Shown here piece by piece: positions 37,015 to 46,694 of a DNA stretch of 64,000 nt. The position numbers and the translations under genes are program-made. The notes beneath the pieces were generated by a model. The model was given only the letters and a program-made list of their open reading frames with translations, searched no databases and was not told the origin of the DNA. Positions within the stretch are counted from its first letter, which is position 1. Each line of letters starts with the position of its first letter. The stretch lies in assembly GCA_020161835.1 (NCBI GenBank), contig JAIUNL010000004.1, positions 65,049 to 129,048 of the forward strand, given 5' to 3'. This DNA comes from Bacteroidota bacterium (GTDB lineage: Bacteria > Bacteroidota > JABWAT01).

Positions 37015-39456
37015 ATGAAAACCAGACTTGCCTTCCTTTTCCTGTTGCTTTTTTCAAGTGCATTTGCTCAAAATTTCAAATCTTTTTCACAGGATGGCAA
37101 CTCCATTTTCATCCGCTCAGAAACCTCTGCTTTTCAGTTTACCTTTTATAAAAGTGACATTCTCCGGATGGATTTTCTTCCGTCCACATCCACCCTCATT
37201 GATTCTTCATATGTAGTCATTCAGCAACCGGATAAAACCATCCCGGTTAAAACAGAATATTCCGATTCTCTGATCCGGTTTTCATCCACCGGACTCACGG
37301 TTTCCTGTTCTCTGTTTCCCGTTCGGTTCACTTTTTCTGATTCCACTGGAAAAATTCTGCTGGCAGAACCTGTTGCCGGCGGATTTTCAACCGAAAATGA
37401 AGCACGGAAGGCCACCTTTTCTCTGAAACCGGATGACCATTTCTACGGCACCGGTGAACGGGGAACCAGTCTCGACAAACGCGGACAAAAATTCGGGAGT
37501 TACAACACTCAGATCGGCGGCTATTCAACTCCGCTCCCAACCATGAATCTGAATGTTCCGTTTTTCACCACAACAAATGGATATGCGGTTTACGTTGACA
37601 ACACCTACAAAGGAATTTTTGATTTTGGGCATTCCGACAAAACCACGTTTTCTTACACCGCAACCGGTGGTGAACTTTCTCTTTACCTGATTGCCGGCAA
37701 AACCGTTCAGAAACAACTTGAAAACTATACCTGGCTCACCGGCCGTCAACCCCTTCCTCCACGTTGGGCCTTTGGGTACATCCAGTCGAAAAACCGGTAC
37801 ACGACTGAAGCAGAAACAAGGGGCATCGTCAACACTATCCGTGAGAAAAACTTCCCCTGTGATGCGATCGTTCTCGATCTGGCGTGGTTTAAACACATGG
37901 GCGACATTTCGTGGGATGAAGAAGCCTGGCCGAACCATGAAAAAATGATTCAGGATTTTAAGCTGACGGGAATCAAAACCATTCTGATTACTGAGACCTA
38001 TCTGATTGAACCTTCCCACAATTTTAAGTTTGCCGTTGAAAACGGGTTTTTCACAAAAAAATATGACGGGAAGCCTTATTTGATGCCAAAATGGTGGTCG
38101 TGTAATTTTGGATGCAATGCTGCTTTACTGGATATGACCAATCCGGAAGCCAGAAAATGGTGGTGGAGTTTGCATCCCGGCTCTTTCGGTTCGTCAATTC
38201 CCGGCATCTGGACGGATTTGGGTGAACCGGAACGCCATCCGGAGGATATGATTCACTATCTCGGAAACACGAACAAAATCCACAACATTTACAATCTGCT
38301 TTGGGCACAAACGATTTTCGACGGATTTAACCAGCTTCAACCAGGAAAAAGAGTGATGAATCTGACCCGGTCGGGATTTGCCGGCATTCAGCGGTATGGT
38401 GTCCTTCCCTGGTCAGGTGATGTGGCCCGTGATTTTGGCGGACTTGCGGTTCAGCCACCGATGCTGCTGAACATGGGAATGTCCGGGTTGGCGTACCACA
38501 ACTCAGATATCGGCGGATATGCAAGAAATCCGACCACTCCTGAATTGTATATCAGGTGGATGCAATACGGCGTTTTCTCACCGATTGCCCGTGCTCATGG
38601 TGCAGGTACAAATGCGAATGGATCACCCACAGAACCCTGGATGTTTGGTGAGGAAGCAGAACGGATTTCACGTGAGTTTCTGAGGCTTAGGTATAGTTTG
38701 CTTCCCTATATTTACACGCTGGCTCATGAGAATTACAAATCCGGACTCCCAATCGCCCAGCCTTTATTTTTCACGGATCCTTCAGATAAAAACCTGCTGA
38801 ATGAAAGCGACTCTTATCTCTGGGGTGACAACTTCCTGATTTCTCCGGTTGTTGGAGCCGGAATCCGGGAAAAAGAAGTTGTGCTGCCGAAAGGAAACTG
38901 GATCAATTTCTGGACGGATGAAGTTGTGACTGGCGGAAAAAAAATATCCGTTTCTGCTCCGTTGGATAAAATGCCAATTTTCGTCAGATCTGGAAGTGTG
39001 ATCCCCATGGCTCCGGTTATGGCGTCTACCGATGAACGACCGTTGGACACGCTGATTATCAGAGTTTACCCAGAGTCCGGTACGCCCGGTTCTTTCACCC
39101 TTTATGAAGATGATGGTGAGTCATTGGAGTATCAGAAAGGGGCATTTTCGGAAACCACGTTTTCTCAATCCGGTTTGGTGAGTCAGGGGAAACAGGAACT
39201 CACTCTCACCGTAGAAAAACCAAAAGGCTCGTTCAAAGGTCAGGTTCAAAACCGGATTTACCTTTTTGAAGTCCGCCTGATGAAAGAAAAACCGGAATCG
39301 GTTTTGGCGGATGGGGAAAAAATCAAAGACTATTCGTCATTGGCTCATCTGCGGAAAGAAAATTCCGGATTCTTTTACGACCAGAAATCGGGCGTTTTAT
39401 TTGTTCAGGTAAGTGGTTCTTTGGAAAAATCTGTTGAAATAAAGGTGGGACGTTGA
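37015..39456 (+). CDS. glycoside hydrolase family 31 protein (intact)
   Basis: Signal peptide; GIWTDLGEPE nucleophile-region motif, WSGDVARDF and GMSGLAYHNSDIGGY acid/base region; 813 aa. Confidence 0.8.
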   Translation: MKTRLAFLFLLLFSSAFAQNFKSFSQDGNSIFIRSETSAFQFTFYKSDILRMDFLPSTSTLIDSSYVVIQQPDKTIPVKTEYSDSLIRFSSTGLTVSCSLFPVRFTFSDSTGKILLAEPVAGGFSTENEARKATFSLKPDDHFYGTGERGTSLDKRGQKFGSYNTQIGGYSTPLPTMNLNVPFFTTTNGYAVYVDNTYKGIFDFGHSDKTTFSYTATGGELSLYLIAGKTVQKQLENYTWLTGRQPLPPRWAFGYIQSKNRYTTEAETRGIVNTIREKNFPCDAIVLDLAWFKHMGDISWDEEAWPNHEKMIQDFKLTGIKTILITETYLIEPSHNFKFAVENGFFTKKYDGKPYLMPKWWSCNFGCNAALLDMTNPEARKWWWSLHPGSFGSSIPGIWTDLGEPERHPEDMIHYLGNTNKIHNIYNLLWAQTIFDGFNQLQPGKRVMNLTRSGFAGIQRYGVLPWSGDVARDFGGLAVQPPMLLNMGMSGLAYHNSDIGGYARNPTTPELYIRWMQYGVFSPIARAHGAGTNANGSPTEPWMFGEEAERISREFLRLRYSLLPYIYTLAHENYKSGLPIAQPLFFTDPSDKNLLNESDSYLWGDNFLISPVVGAGIREKEVVLPKGNWINFWTDEVVTGGKKISVSAPLDKMPIFVRSGSVIPMAPVMASTDERPLDTLIIRVYPESGTPGSFTLYEDDGESLEYQKGAFSETTFSQSGLVSQGKQELTLTVEKPKGSFKGQVQNRIYLFEVRLMKEKPESVLADGEKIKDYSSLAHLRKENSGFFYDQKSGVLFVQVSGSLEKSVEIKVGR

Positions 39457-40124
39457 ATGATGAATGTTGAAGGAAACTCGTAACCCGTCAACCGACGGGG
39501 TGGCCTCTTGGTAGCCAAATGACACAGAGCGCAATGGACGGTTAGCCTGTCGAATTGCCGCTTTTTTGAGGGTAAATGAATTTCAAATTCCCTGGCTTCA
39601 ACCCCGTAGGGGTGACCTGATTGTAACCCCGGGTGTCAACCCGGGGATAACGTCACCCCAAAAGCCAACCGCCCGGCCACCATTTCATTTGAAACTGGTA
39701 CCTCCGTTCCGGGCGGAACAAGATTGTTCTCCCGCTGATCCCGTTGATTTACACGGAAAATACGTTTTAACTTGGATATTCAGGATTGTCAGGATGAGAA
39801 AAGAATTGTTAATGATTAATGATCAATGGTTAATGAAATTCTGACTGTTTTGCAATCCCTTAGGGGTGACCTGATTGTAGAAAAAGAGAACCACCAACCA
39901 ACATCACCGCTCGACCACAAATCGTTTTTTAATTCCTTTCCCCCCTGTAATCAATCGATTACACCCACCTGTAACAATCTGCTTACAAGTCATCCCCCGA
40001 AAGGGTTAGTTTCCTTCCAAAACCAGCCCATTTCCCAAATAAATCACAAATTCAGCTTAATTTTTCCTGGTTAACATTTCCGGCACAGTCTTTTCAATAG
40101 TTTGGATCAGAAAACGGAAGGTAA

Positions 40125-40406
40125 ATGGATCAAAAGCGGATTTTAATTGTTGCCCCTGACCTGGAAGTGCTAAAAGCCATCAGGTTCAGATTTTCTGATA
40201 ACCGGGTCAGTTTGTTCACTGCAGACGATCTGGCAACGGCAGAAAAAATAATCATCTCGCTCGATCCGAAGATTGAAAAGGCATTTCTACACCGTGATCT
40301 GTCCCCATCAGATCATAAAGAAATAAAGGATTTATGCCACAATCTTGGAATTCCTTCGGTTGACTTTGACGATACTGTTTCAGGTGAATGGATTTTACGA
40401 GGATAA
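40125..40406 (+). CDS. hypothetical small protein (receiver-like N-terminal fragment?)
   Basis: 93 aa; KRILIVAPD start resembles REC N-terminus but too short and lacks canonical acidic pocket; in-frame with downstream ORF. Confidence 0.3.
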   Translation: MDQKRILIVAPDLEVLKAIRFRFSDNRVSLFTADDLATAEKIIISLDPKIEKAFLHRDLSPSDHKEIKDLCHNLGIPSVDFDDTVSGEWILRG

Positions 40407-40409
40407 TTT

Positions 40410-40850
40410 ATGCCAACCCCAGCTTCTTACTCATATCATAATCAGAACGAAATGAATAATGGCTTTTCGTCAATGAATCCCGTTTCCAATGCGGACGGAC
40501 AAATCATTTATTTCGCCATCCATCCCGAAAATGTGGTCCGTCTGAAAACTTTTCTCATGATGAACAATATTCCCTTTTCACAGGATGAGGAAAAAAAATC
40601 TGAAAGCAAGAATCAGAACCGGGATTTGATCAAGGATGTATTTGAATCCCAATTGCCTGAACTTGGATTGAGCAACCGGGAAAGTGAAGTGTTAAGGGAA
40701 GTGGTAAACGGCTTGGATTATCAGGAAATTGGTAACCGCCTGTTTATCAGCCACGAAACCGTGAGAAGTCACGTGAAAGCGATTTACCGGAAACTCGGGG
40801 TTAAAACCAGAGCCGAAGCCTTAGCGAAAATCCTGAACTTCAGGAATTAA
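40410..40850 (+). CDS. LuxR-family HTH domain protein
   Basis: LSNRESEVLREVVNGLDYQEIGNRLFISHETVRSHVKAIYRKLGV LuxR-type HTH at C-terminus. Confidence 0.6.
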   Translation: MPTPASYSYHNQNEMNNGFSSMNPVSNADGQIIYFAIHPENVVRLKTFLMMNNIPFSQDEEKKSESKNQNRDLIKDVFESQLPELGLSNRESEVLREVVNGLDYQEIGNRLFISHETVRSHVKAIYRKLGVKTRAEALAKILNFRN

Positions 40851-40939
40851 TTCGACCGCAGAGACGCTGAGAACGCAGAGAAATGCAAATTATTAGGTTG
40901 ACCCCAAAGGCCCAAAGGCGCTAAGAATTCTGTTTTTTT

Positions 40940-41135
40940 TTATTTAATTTCTGGGTTGGTGTCTGCCCAAGTTTCTGATTCCCCTCCTTTTCCAAAGGAG
41001 GGGAAAATCCGGTCACTGAGTCCCGAGAATCGGGAAAGTGCTCGGATTGGGGTGGTTTGTATTTTTATAGGTTCAGGAAAACCACCCCGGCTTCGCCACC
41101 CCTCCTTTGGAAAAGGAGGGGAATTTAATGGCCAA
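40940..41135. repeat. cluster of small palindromic elements (CCCCTCCTTTTCCAAAGGAGGGG x2, CACTGAGTCCCGAGAATCGGGAAAGTGCTCGG)
   Basis: Seen in sequence. Confidence 0.6.
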
Positions 41136-41197
41136 TAGCGAATAGCCTAGACCCTAAGATTTTCAACTGTCAGGTATTTAGAATTTATTGTAACACC

Positions 41198-41270
41198 GAC
41201 CTCTGGTCGGTATTCAGGAGTTTTAAGGAAGAATCTCCGACCCGGAGGTCGGAGTTACAAAAATGCGGGA
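41198..41270. repeat. ~70-bp double-hairpin palindromic element (TGTAACACCGACCTCTGGTCGG ... CCGACCCGGAGGTCGGAGTTACA); inverted copy at 43481-43550
   Basis: Reverse complement of this segment aligns almost base-for-base with 43481-43550. Confidence 0.75.
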
Positions 41271-41349
41271 TTTGAAACACCATTACCCATTTAACATTTA
41301 GCCTTGAGAATTTAACCTTTCCCCTTACGCCTTAAGCCTTAAGCCCGCC

Positions 41350-43302
41350 CTACTCCTCCAGTTGTGCGGCCAGTTTTTCCCATTTCTTGTACAGCGGTGG
41401 AAGTTCTGACTTCAGAGCATCGTATTTCTTGGAGGATTTCAGCAATTCCTGAGTATTCTTTTTCAAAAAGGATTCTGATGCCATTTCGGCTTCGATTTCC
41501 TTGATCTGCTTTTCTTTTTCGGCAATCTGCTTTTCAAGCGTTGAGAATTCCTTCTTCACACCCTTCAGCGATTCATGCTTCTTCTGGCGCTCTTCAGCTT
41601 CCTGGCGTTTCATTTCTTTCGATTTGAAACCGGAGTTCTGATCTTTTTTATCCGATTTTTTCGAAGATTCGGCTTTTACTTCCGCCTGACGTTTTTTCCA
41701 GACTCTTTCATAAAATTCTGAGTACGGATCAACATAAACTTTGATCTGCTTGTTATCCAGGAAAAACACTTTCGAGGTAATCTGATCGAGGAAATACCGG
41801 TCGTGCGAAATGATCAGCAAACTGCCGTCGAAATCCATTAACGCTTCAATGAGCAGATCTTTCGATTCCATATCAAGGTGGTTGGTCGGCTCATCCATGA
41901 TAATCAGGTTGTGGGCACGAACCAAAAGTTTGGCCAATGCAACCCGGGCTTTTTCACCACCCGAAAGCACTTCGATGCGTTTAAAAGCATCATCCCCTTC
42001 AAAAAGAAAACAACCCAATAACGTTCTCACACGGGTACGGAATTCAGCCGGAGCAGCTTCGAGAACTTCATCATAAATGGTGGATTGTAAATTCAGTTCT
42101 TCAACCTGATGCTGGGCGTAATAGCCAACAGAAACATTCGACCCGATAATCAGATCACCACGGGTTTTAGGCTCTTTACCAAGAATCATTTTCACCAGGG
42201 TGGATTTACCCGAACCGTTCACCCCCGCAAGAGCGACTTTTTCGCCCCGTTCAAGAATAAAATTGAGGTGATCGAAAAGATGGTTTTCACCAAAAGCTTT
42301 TGCAAGATCACGTCCTTCAAGAACAATCCGGCCAGATCGTGGTGCTTCCGGGAAATCGAAATGGATGGATTTCTCCTTGCTGCCAAGTTCAACCCGGTCC
42401 ATTTTATCCATCAGTTTAATCCGGCTCTGCACCTGACGTGATTTGGATGCCTTGTACCTGAACCGTTCAACAAACCGGTTTAACTGAGTCAGTTTTGCCT
42501 GCTGATTGGCGTACTGGGCTTTAAGAATTTCTTCCCGTTTAACTTTATCTTCTTCGTAAAAAGTATAGTTTCCGGCATATTCGGTGATTTTTCCGAATTC
42601 AATTTCAAGCACTCGGTTAACGATCTGATCCAGAAAGAACCTATCGTGCGAAATGATGATGAGCGCACCTTCGTAGGACTTCAGGTAACTTTCGAGCCAT
42701 TCGAGAGTTTCAAGATCCAGGTGGTTGGTCGGCTCATCGAGCAACAGATAATCCGGACTTGCACAAAGCAGTTTAGTGATGGCAATCCGCATTCTCCATC
42801 CACCCGAAAACTGAGAAACCGGACGGGTAAAATCTGAGGTTTTGAATCCAAGTCCGCTCAGAATTTCTTCTGCACGCGTTTTTGCTGTGAATCCGTCTGC
42901 AACTTCATATTTATGCTGAAGATTGCCGTAATGGTTCAGAATATCAGCGAGATCAGGATTGTTTGTGGCCGAATATTCTTCGATGAGAAGTTCGGTTTTG
43001 CGGAGTTCATCTTCGAGACTCATAACTGAACCAAAGGCGGTCAGAACTTCATCAATGACTGAAAGATCGCCGGGAGATTGGGCAAAATCCTGGGATAAAT
43101 AGCCAATTTCGACGCCTTTAGCTTTGTGGACTTCGCCCTTGTCTGGAAGGATTTCCCCGGTGATCATTTTCATCAGGGTGGATTTGCCTTTACCGTTGGC
43201 GCCAACGATGGCAACCCGGTCACGGACGGTGAATTGGGCAGAAACGCCCTCAAAAATAACCTGGTGGTTATACTGTAAATGGATGTTGGAAAGTGAAATC
43301 AT
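41350..43302 (-). CDS. ABC-F family ATPase (two ABC domains, Uup-like C-terminal coiled coil)
   Basis: Two Walker A (GANGKGKST, GVNGSGKST), two LSGG signatures (LSGGWRMR, LSGGEKAR), C-terminal K/E-rich coiled coil; 650 aa. Confidence 0.85.
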   Translation of the reverse strand: MISLSNIHLQYNHQVIFEGVSAQFTVRDRVAIVGANGKGKSTLMKMITGEILPDKGEVHKAKGVEIGYLSQDFAQSPGDLSVIDEVLTAFGSVMSLEDELRKTELLIEEYSATNNPDLADILNHYGNLQHKYEVADGFTAKTRAEEILSGLGFKTSDFTRPVSQFSGGWRMRIAITKLLCASPDYLLLDEPTNHLDLETLEWLESYLKSYEGALIIISHDRFFLDQIVNRVLEIEFGKITEYAGNYTFYEEDKVKREEILKAQYANQQAKLTQLNRFVERFRYKASKSRQVQSRIKLMDKMDRVELGSKEKSIHFDFPEAPRSGRIVLEGRDLAKAFGENHLFDHLNFILERGEKVALAGVNGSGKSTLVKMILGKEPKTRGDLIIGSNVSVGYYAQHQVEELNLQSTIYDEVLEAAPAEFRTRVRTLLGCFLFEGDDAFKRIEVLSGGEKARVALAKLLVRAHNLIIMDEPTNHLDMESKDLLIEALMDFDGSLLIISHDRYFLDQITSKVFFLDNKQIKVYVDPYSEFYERVWKKRQAEVKAESSKKSDKKDQNSGFKSKEMKRQEAEERQKKHESLKGVKKEFSTLEKQIAEKEKQIKEIEAEMASESFLKKNTQELLKSSKKYDALKSELPPLYKKWEKLAAQLEE

Positions 43303-43480
43303 GGCGCGAAGATAAAAAACGGATGGGCGTATTCCGAAAGGAAGGACGAAGAATTAATGGTCAATGGTAAATGGTTAAGGGTTAATGGGGGAAATGACAG
43401 TGGTAATTCGTCCCCTTTTGAAGGGGGTGGCCCGTTCCGTTGATCGGATCGGGACGGGGGATGTTGTATTCTGTATTCCT

Positions 43481-43550
43481 GTAACTCCGACCTCCCGGTC
43501 GGAGATTTTTCCGGGAAATTTCAGAATACCGACCGGAGGTCGGTGTTACA
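43481..43550. repeat. inverted copy of the 41198-41270 double-hairpin element
   Basis: See above. Confidence 0.75.
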
Positions 43551-43614
43551 ATAAATTCCATTTACCATTGAGCATTTACCATTTAACATTATGCCTAACG
43601 CTTCCCGCCTTTCC

Positions 43615-44235
43615 TCAAAATTTCCCAAACTTGAAAATCAGATTGACCGAAACCGAAGTTAGGTCATTGCTTTGAAGGAAATCATTGTCATAACCGTTTA
43701 CCAGCCGGTAATTCAGAGTTGCAGCCAGTCTCATGTATTTCACAACATTGATTTCCCAGCCGATGTACGGTTCAAAAACGATGACAACCTGTTCATCCGT
43801 TTTCCGGTCAGCACCTCTTTCTTTCAGCCAGGCTGAACCGCCGCCAATCAATCCGCCTGCAAACCAGTGGCCCAGAGAGTCGGGATTATGGATGTATTCC
43901 AGCATCAATCCGCCATAATCCAACCCGATATGATAATCTTTCCCGGCAGGACTTTTACCGTTTGCCCGGATATTGTTGATCAGATTTCCGCCACCGCCAC
44001 CAATCACGTATTGGTGATTGATAATCCACCCCCCACGTCCACCGGAAAAAAATGCTCCCTCTTGGTTAACAGATCCATAACCTAAAATGGGTGCCCCATA
44101 ACCGCCGGAACTTGTCATTTCGGGAAGCAGGGTTTCTGGTTCTTCCTGTGCAAAGGAAAGAACCGGGAAAAGAAGAGTTAAAACAGAGAAAGTTAATGTT
44201 TTCATTTTTTTGTTCCTTGATAGTAAATATTGCAC
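43615..44235 (-). CDS. outer membrane beta-barrel protein (small porin/OmpW-like)
   Basis: Signal peptide (MKTLTFSVLTLLFPVLSFAQ, likely true start at 44205), Gly-rich strands, C-terminal FKFGKF. Confidence 0.5.
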   Translation of the reverse strand: MQYLLSRNKKMKTLTFSVLTLLFPVLSFAQEEPETLLPEMTSSGGYGAPILGYGSVNQEGAFFSGGRGGWIINHQYVIGGGGGNLINNIRANGKSPAGKDYHIGLDYGGLMLEYIHNPDSLGHWFAGGLIGGGSAWLKERGADRKTDEQVVIVFEPYIGWEINVVKYMRLAATLNYRLVNGYDNDFLQSNDLTSVSVNLIFKFGKF

Positions 44236-44594
44236 CTAAACTGAAACCCGTTTTAAGGTCATACCAGAAAGACACAGGTCGCTCCTAAGGAGCTTATTTT
44301 TTTTTCGCGTTTTGGATTCTACAAACAGGTCGCACCTCTGGTGCTGCAAGAAATAGAATCACCAAAATTGTTCTTGCCCCAATTACCAACGGCGTTCGGT
44401 TTTCATTTCTCACCCCGAAAGTGTTTCCAAGTTTAACCGGATCCGCGGTTCGTAACCGAACCTTGGACGGGATCTTCGCTTCGCTGGACTTTTAACTTAT
44501 CACTTACCACTTATAACTTACCACTCGTTCCGTTTACGTCCCCAATCCCGTTCCGGTTGCAGGTTTTCAGGAAGTTCGCTATCTTTGTTGTTCA

Positions 44595-44909
44595 TTGATG
44601 CGTGAGGAAGCTGTGTCAACCCGTGATTTAACCCTTGAAATTACCGATACTTTGATCGATTCAGGTGAGCCTGAAGCCAAAGTTATTTTGTTCAACGATG
44701 ATTATCATACGTTTGATGATGTCATTTTCCAGGTTGTAAAAGCCTGTGACTACTCTTTTGATCGTGCAGAGCAAATTGCCATGATCGTTCACTTCAAAGG
44801 CAAATGTACCGTCATTTCTTCTGACTTTCAAACCTGCCAGGAAGTGGCCGCCGTTTTATCAGAAATTGATTTGCTCGTCGAAATCGAACCTATTGAAACT
44901 GAAAAGTGA
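44595..44909 (+). CDS. clpS: ATP-dependent Clp protease adaptor ClpS
   Basis: VILFNDDYHTFDDVIFQVVKACDYSFDRAEQIAMIVHFKGKCTV matches ClpS core; ~100 aa. Confidence 0.8.
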   Translation: MMREEAVSTRDLTLEITDTLIDSGEPEAKVILFNDDYHTFDDVIFQVVKACDYSFDRAEQIAMIVHFKGKCTVISSDFQTCQEVAAVLSEIDLLVEIEPIETEK

Positions 44910-45025
44910 GCGGAAACACCTTTTTCTGCTCACTCTGTTTTTTTTCTGCCCCCGTTTAAACCTTTCCTTTCCCGTCTCCATCGAACCGGACGTAACTCAA
45001 ACAAAACCTTTTAAGGAGACTACCT

Positions 45026-45823
45026 ATGAAACGTTCTGCATCATTACTTCTATCCGGACTTGCACTTTCTTCCTTTGTTCTTTTTTCAGCCTGTGACAAT
45101 GAAGACAACAAATCGGAATCAACTGCGTTAACAAACGATGAATATACTGAGGTAGCAGCTGTTGCCGGCGGAGAAATTTCATCAGCAACTGAAGGTGATT
45201 TTTCTGATATCAGCGAAGCAGCTAATTACAACGTCAAAGCCGGCCTTGGAAAAGAGGCGGTTGATACAACCTTCGAGAAAGGTCCGCTTACCATTTCCCT
45301 TTACCGTAAATTTGCTCCCGGAATTCTCAATGATTCAACCGATTTTTACATTAAAGGTACTTCAACTTCAATGGTCATGAAAAGATCAGTTAAAGGTGAA
45401 TGGACAAAAACAGCCGGGATGAGCAATAACAGCAAATCGGTTTCCATCAATAAATATCATTCACTCAGGGTTACCGGTTTGGATACCGTTTCTGGTGCCA
45501 TCACCATCAACGGAAATTCGTCAAGAGATAATTACCGTGAAATGACGATGAAAGCCGTTGAAACGACCTTCCATGTAAAAGGAACCGGTTCTAAAACCGA
45601 TGTTGTCATCAACAAGAAAAGTGACAAGTATCCTGAATCAGGAACAGCAACCTACAACATGGTTATCGAAAAAACGAAGAGCAAAGCTGATAAAACTGTT
45701 GTAAAAACCATCACCGTCTCAGTTCAGGTCACCTTTAATGGAACGAAAACTCCTGAAATCATCATCAACAGGGAAAAGAAATTCAAACTTGACCTAGAAA
45801 CCGGTGATGTTACAGCGATGTGA
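45026..45823 (+). CDS. hypothetical lipoprotein
   Basis: Signal peptide + lipobox (LFSACDN); 265 aa. Confidence 0.45.
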   Translation: MKRSASLLLSGLALSSFVLFSACDNEDNKSESTALTNDEYTEVAAVAGGEISSATEGDFSDISEAANYNVKAGLGKEAVDTTFEKGPLTISLYRKFAPGILNDSTDFYIKGTSTSMVMKRSVKGEWTKTAGMSNNSKSVSINKYHSLRVTGLDTVSGAITINGNSSRDNYREMTMKAVETTFHVKGTGSKTDVVINKKSDKYPESGTATYNMVIEKTKSKADKTVVKTITVSVQVTFNGTKTPEIIINREKKFKLDLETGDVTAM

Positions 45824-45953
45824 TTCTGAAATAACTGATATATTGATTTCATCCCTTCCCGCAACCGGGAGGAATCCAATATAGAAGGCATGGATGAGCT
45901 TCGCAGAACTTCGTTAACCGGATCAAGTCCGGGATGACATCCCTAAAATGAAA

Positions 45954-45990
45954 TAAAAAAACCCGTTGAAACCAACGGGTTTTTTTATTT
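45954..45990. terminator. bidirectional rho-independent terminator (AAAAAAACCCGTTG..CAACGGGTTTTTTTATTT)
   Basis: A-run, perfect hairpin, T-run. Confidence 0.75.
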
Positions 45991-46046
45991 CCTGTTTTTC
46001 ACTTCCTTCAGGAATTTAATTCCCCCGTTTTCTCGTTTCAGCGGTT

Positions 46047-46694
46047 ATGATACAAGCCACCAACCTCATCAAAACCTATGGCAGCTACACTGCACTTTCC
46101 GGGGCAAGCTGCTCGATTCCTGCCGGAGAATTTCTTGCCATTATGGGCGAATCCGGCTCAGGAAAATCCACCTTTCTCAATCTGATATCCGGAATTGATA
46201 CCGTTGATTCAGGTTCACTTTCTGTTTTCGGAAACCAGCTTGACGGGAAACCTGTCAATGATCTTCATGAGTACCGCCGGAATTTTGTTTCCATTATTTT
46301 TCAGGATTTCAATCTGCTGCCGACCTTAACCGCCTGGGAGAATGTGATTCTTCCGCTGAAACTTCAGGGAAAACCCGTCGACCCTGCCTGGATTTCTTTT
46401 CTGTTCGAAGAAGTTGGTCTCACCTCCAGACAGCATAAATTGCCTGAAACCCTAAGCGGCGGCGAAAACCAGCGGGTTGCCATTGCACGTGCTTTGGCTG
46501 TAAAGCCCAAAGTTCTGGTCGCTGATGAACCTACCGGCAGCCTCGACAGCCGAACCGGACGTGAAGTTCTCGATTTGCTCAGAACGGTTAACTGGGATCT
46601 GAAGGTGACGATTCTGATGGCAACCCATTCCAAAACTGCTTCGGAATTTGCTGACCGGATTCTCAGAATTGAGGACGGACGGTTTCTGCAATGA
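46047..46694 (+). CDS. ABC transporter ATP-binding protein (MacB/LolD-like)
   Basis: GESGSGKST Walker A, LSGGENQRVAIARAL signature, VADEPTGSLD Walker B; 215 aa. Confidence 0.85.
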   Translation: MIQATNLIKTYGSYTALSGASCSIPAGEFLAIMGESGSGKSTFLNLISGIDTVDSGSLSVFGNQLDGKPVNDLHEYRRNFVSIIFQDFNLLPTLTAWENVILPLKLQGKPVDPAWISFLFEEVGLTSRQHKLPETLSGGENQRVAIARALAVKPKVLVADEPTGSLDSRTGREVLDLLRTVNWDLKVTILMATHSKTASEFADRILRIEDGRFLQ

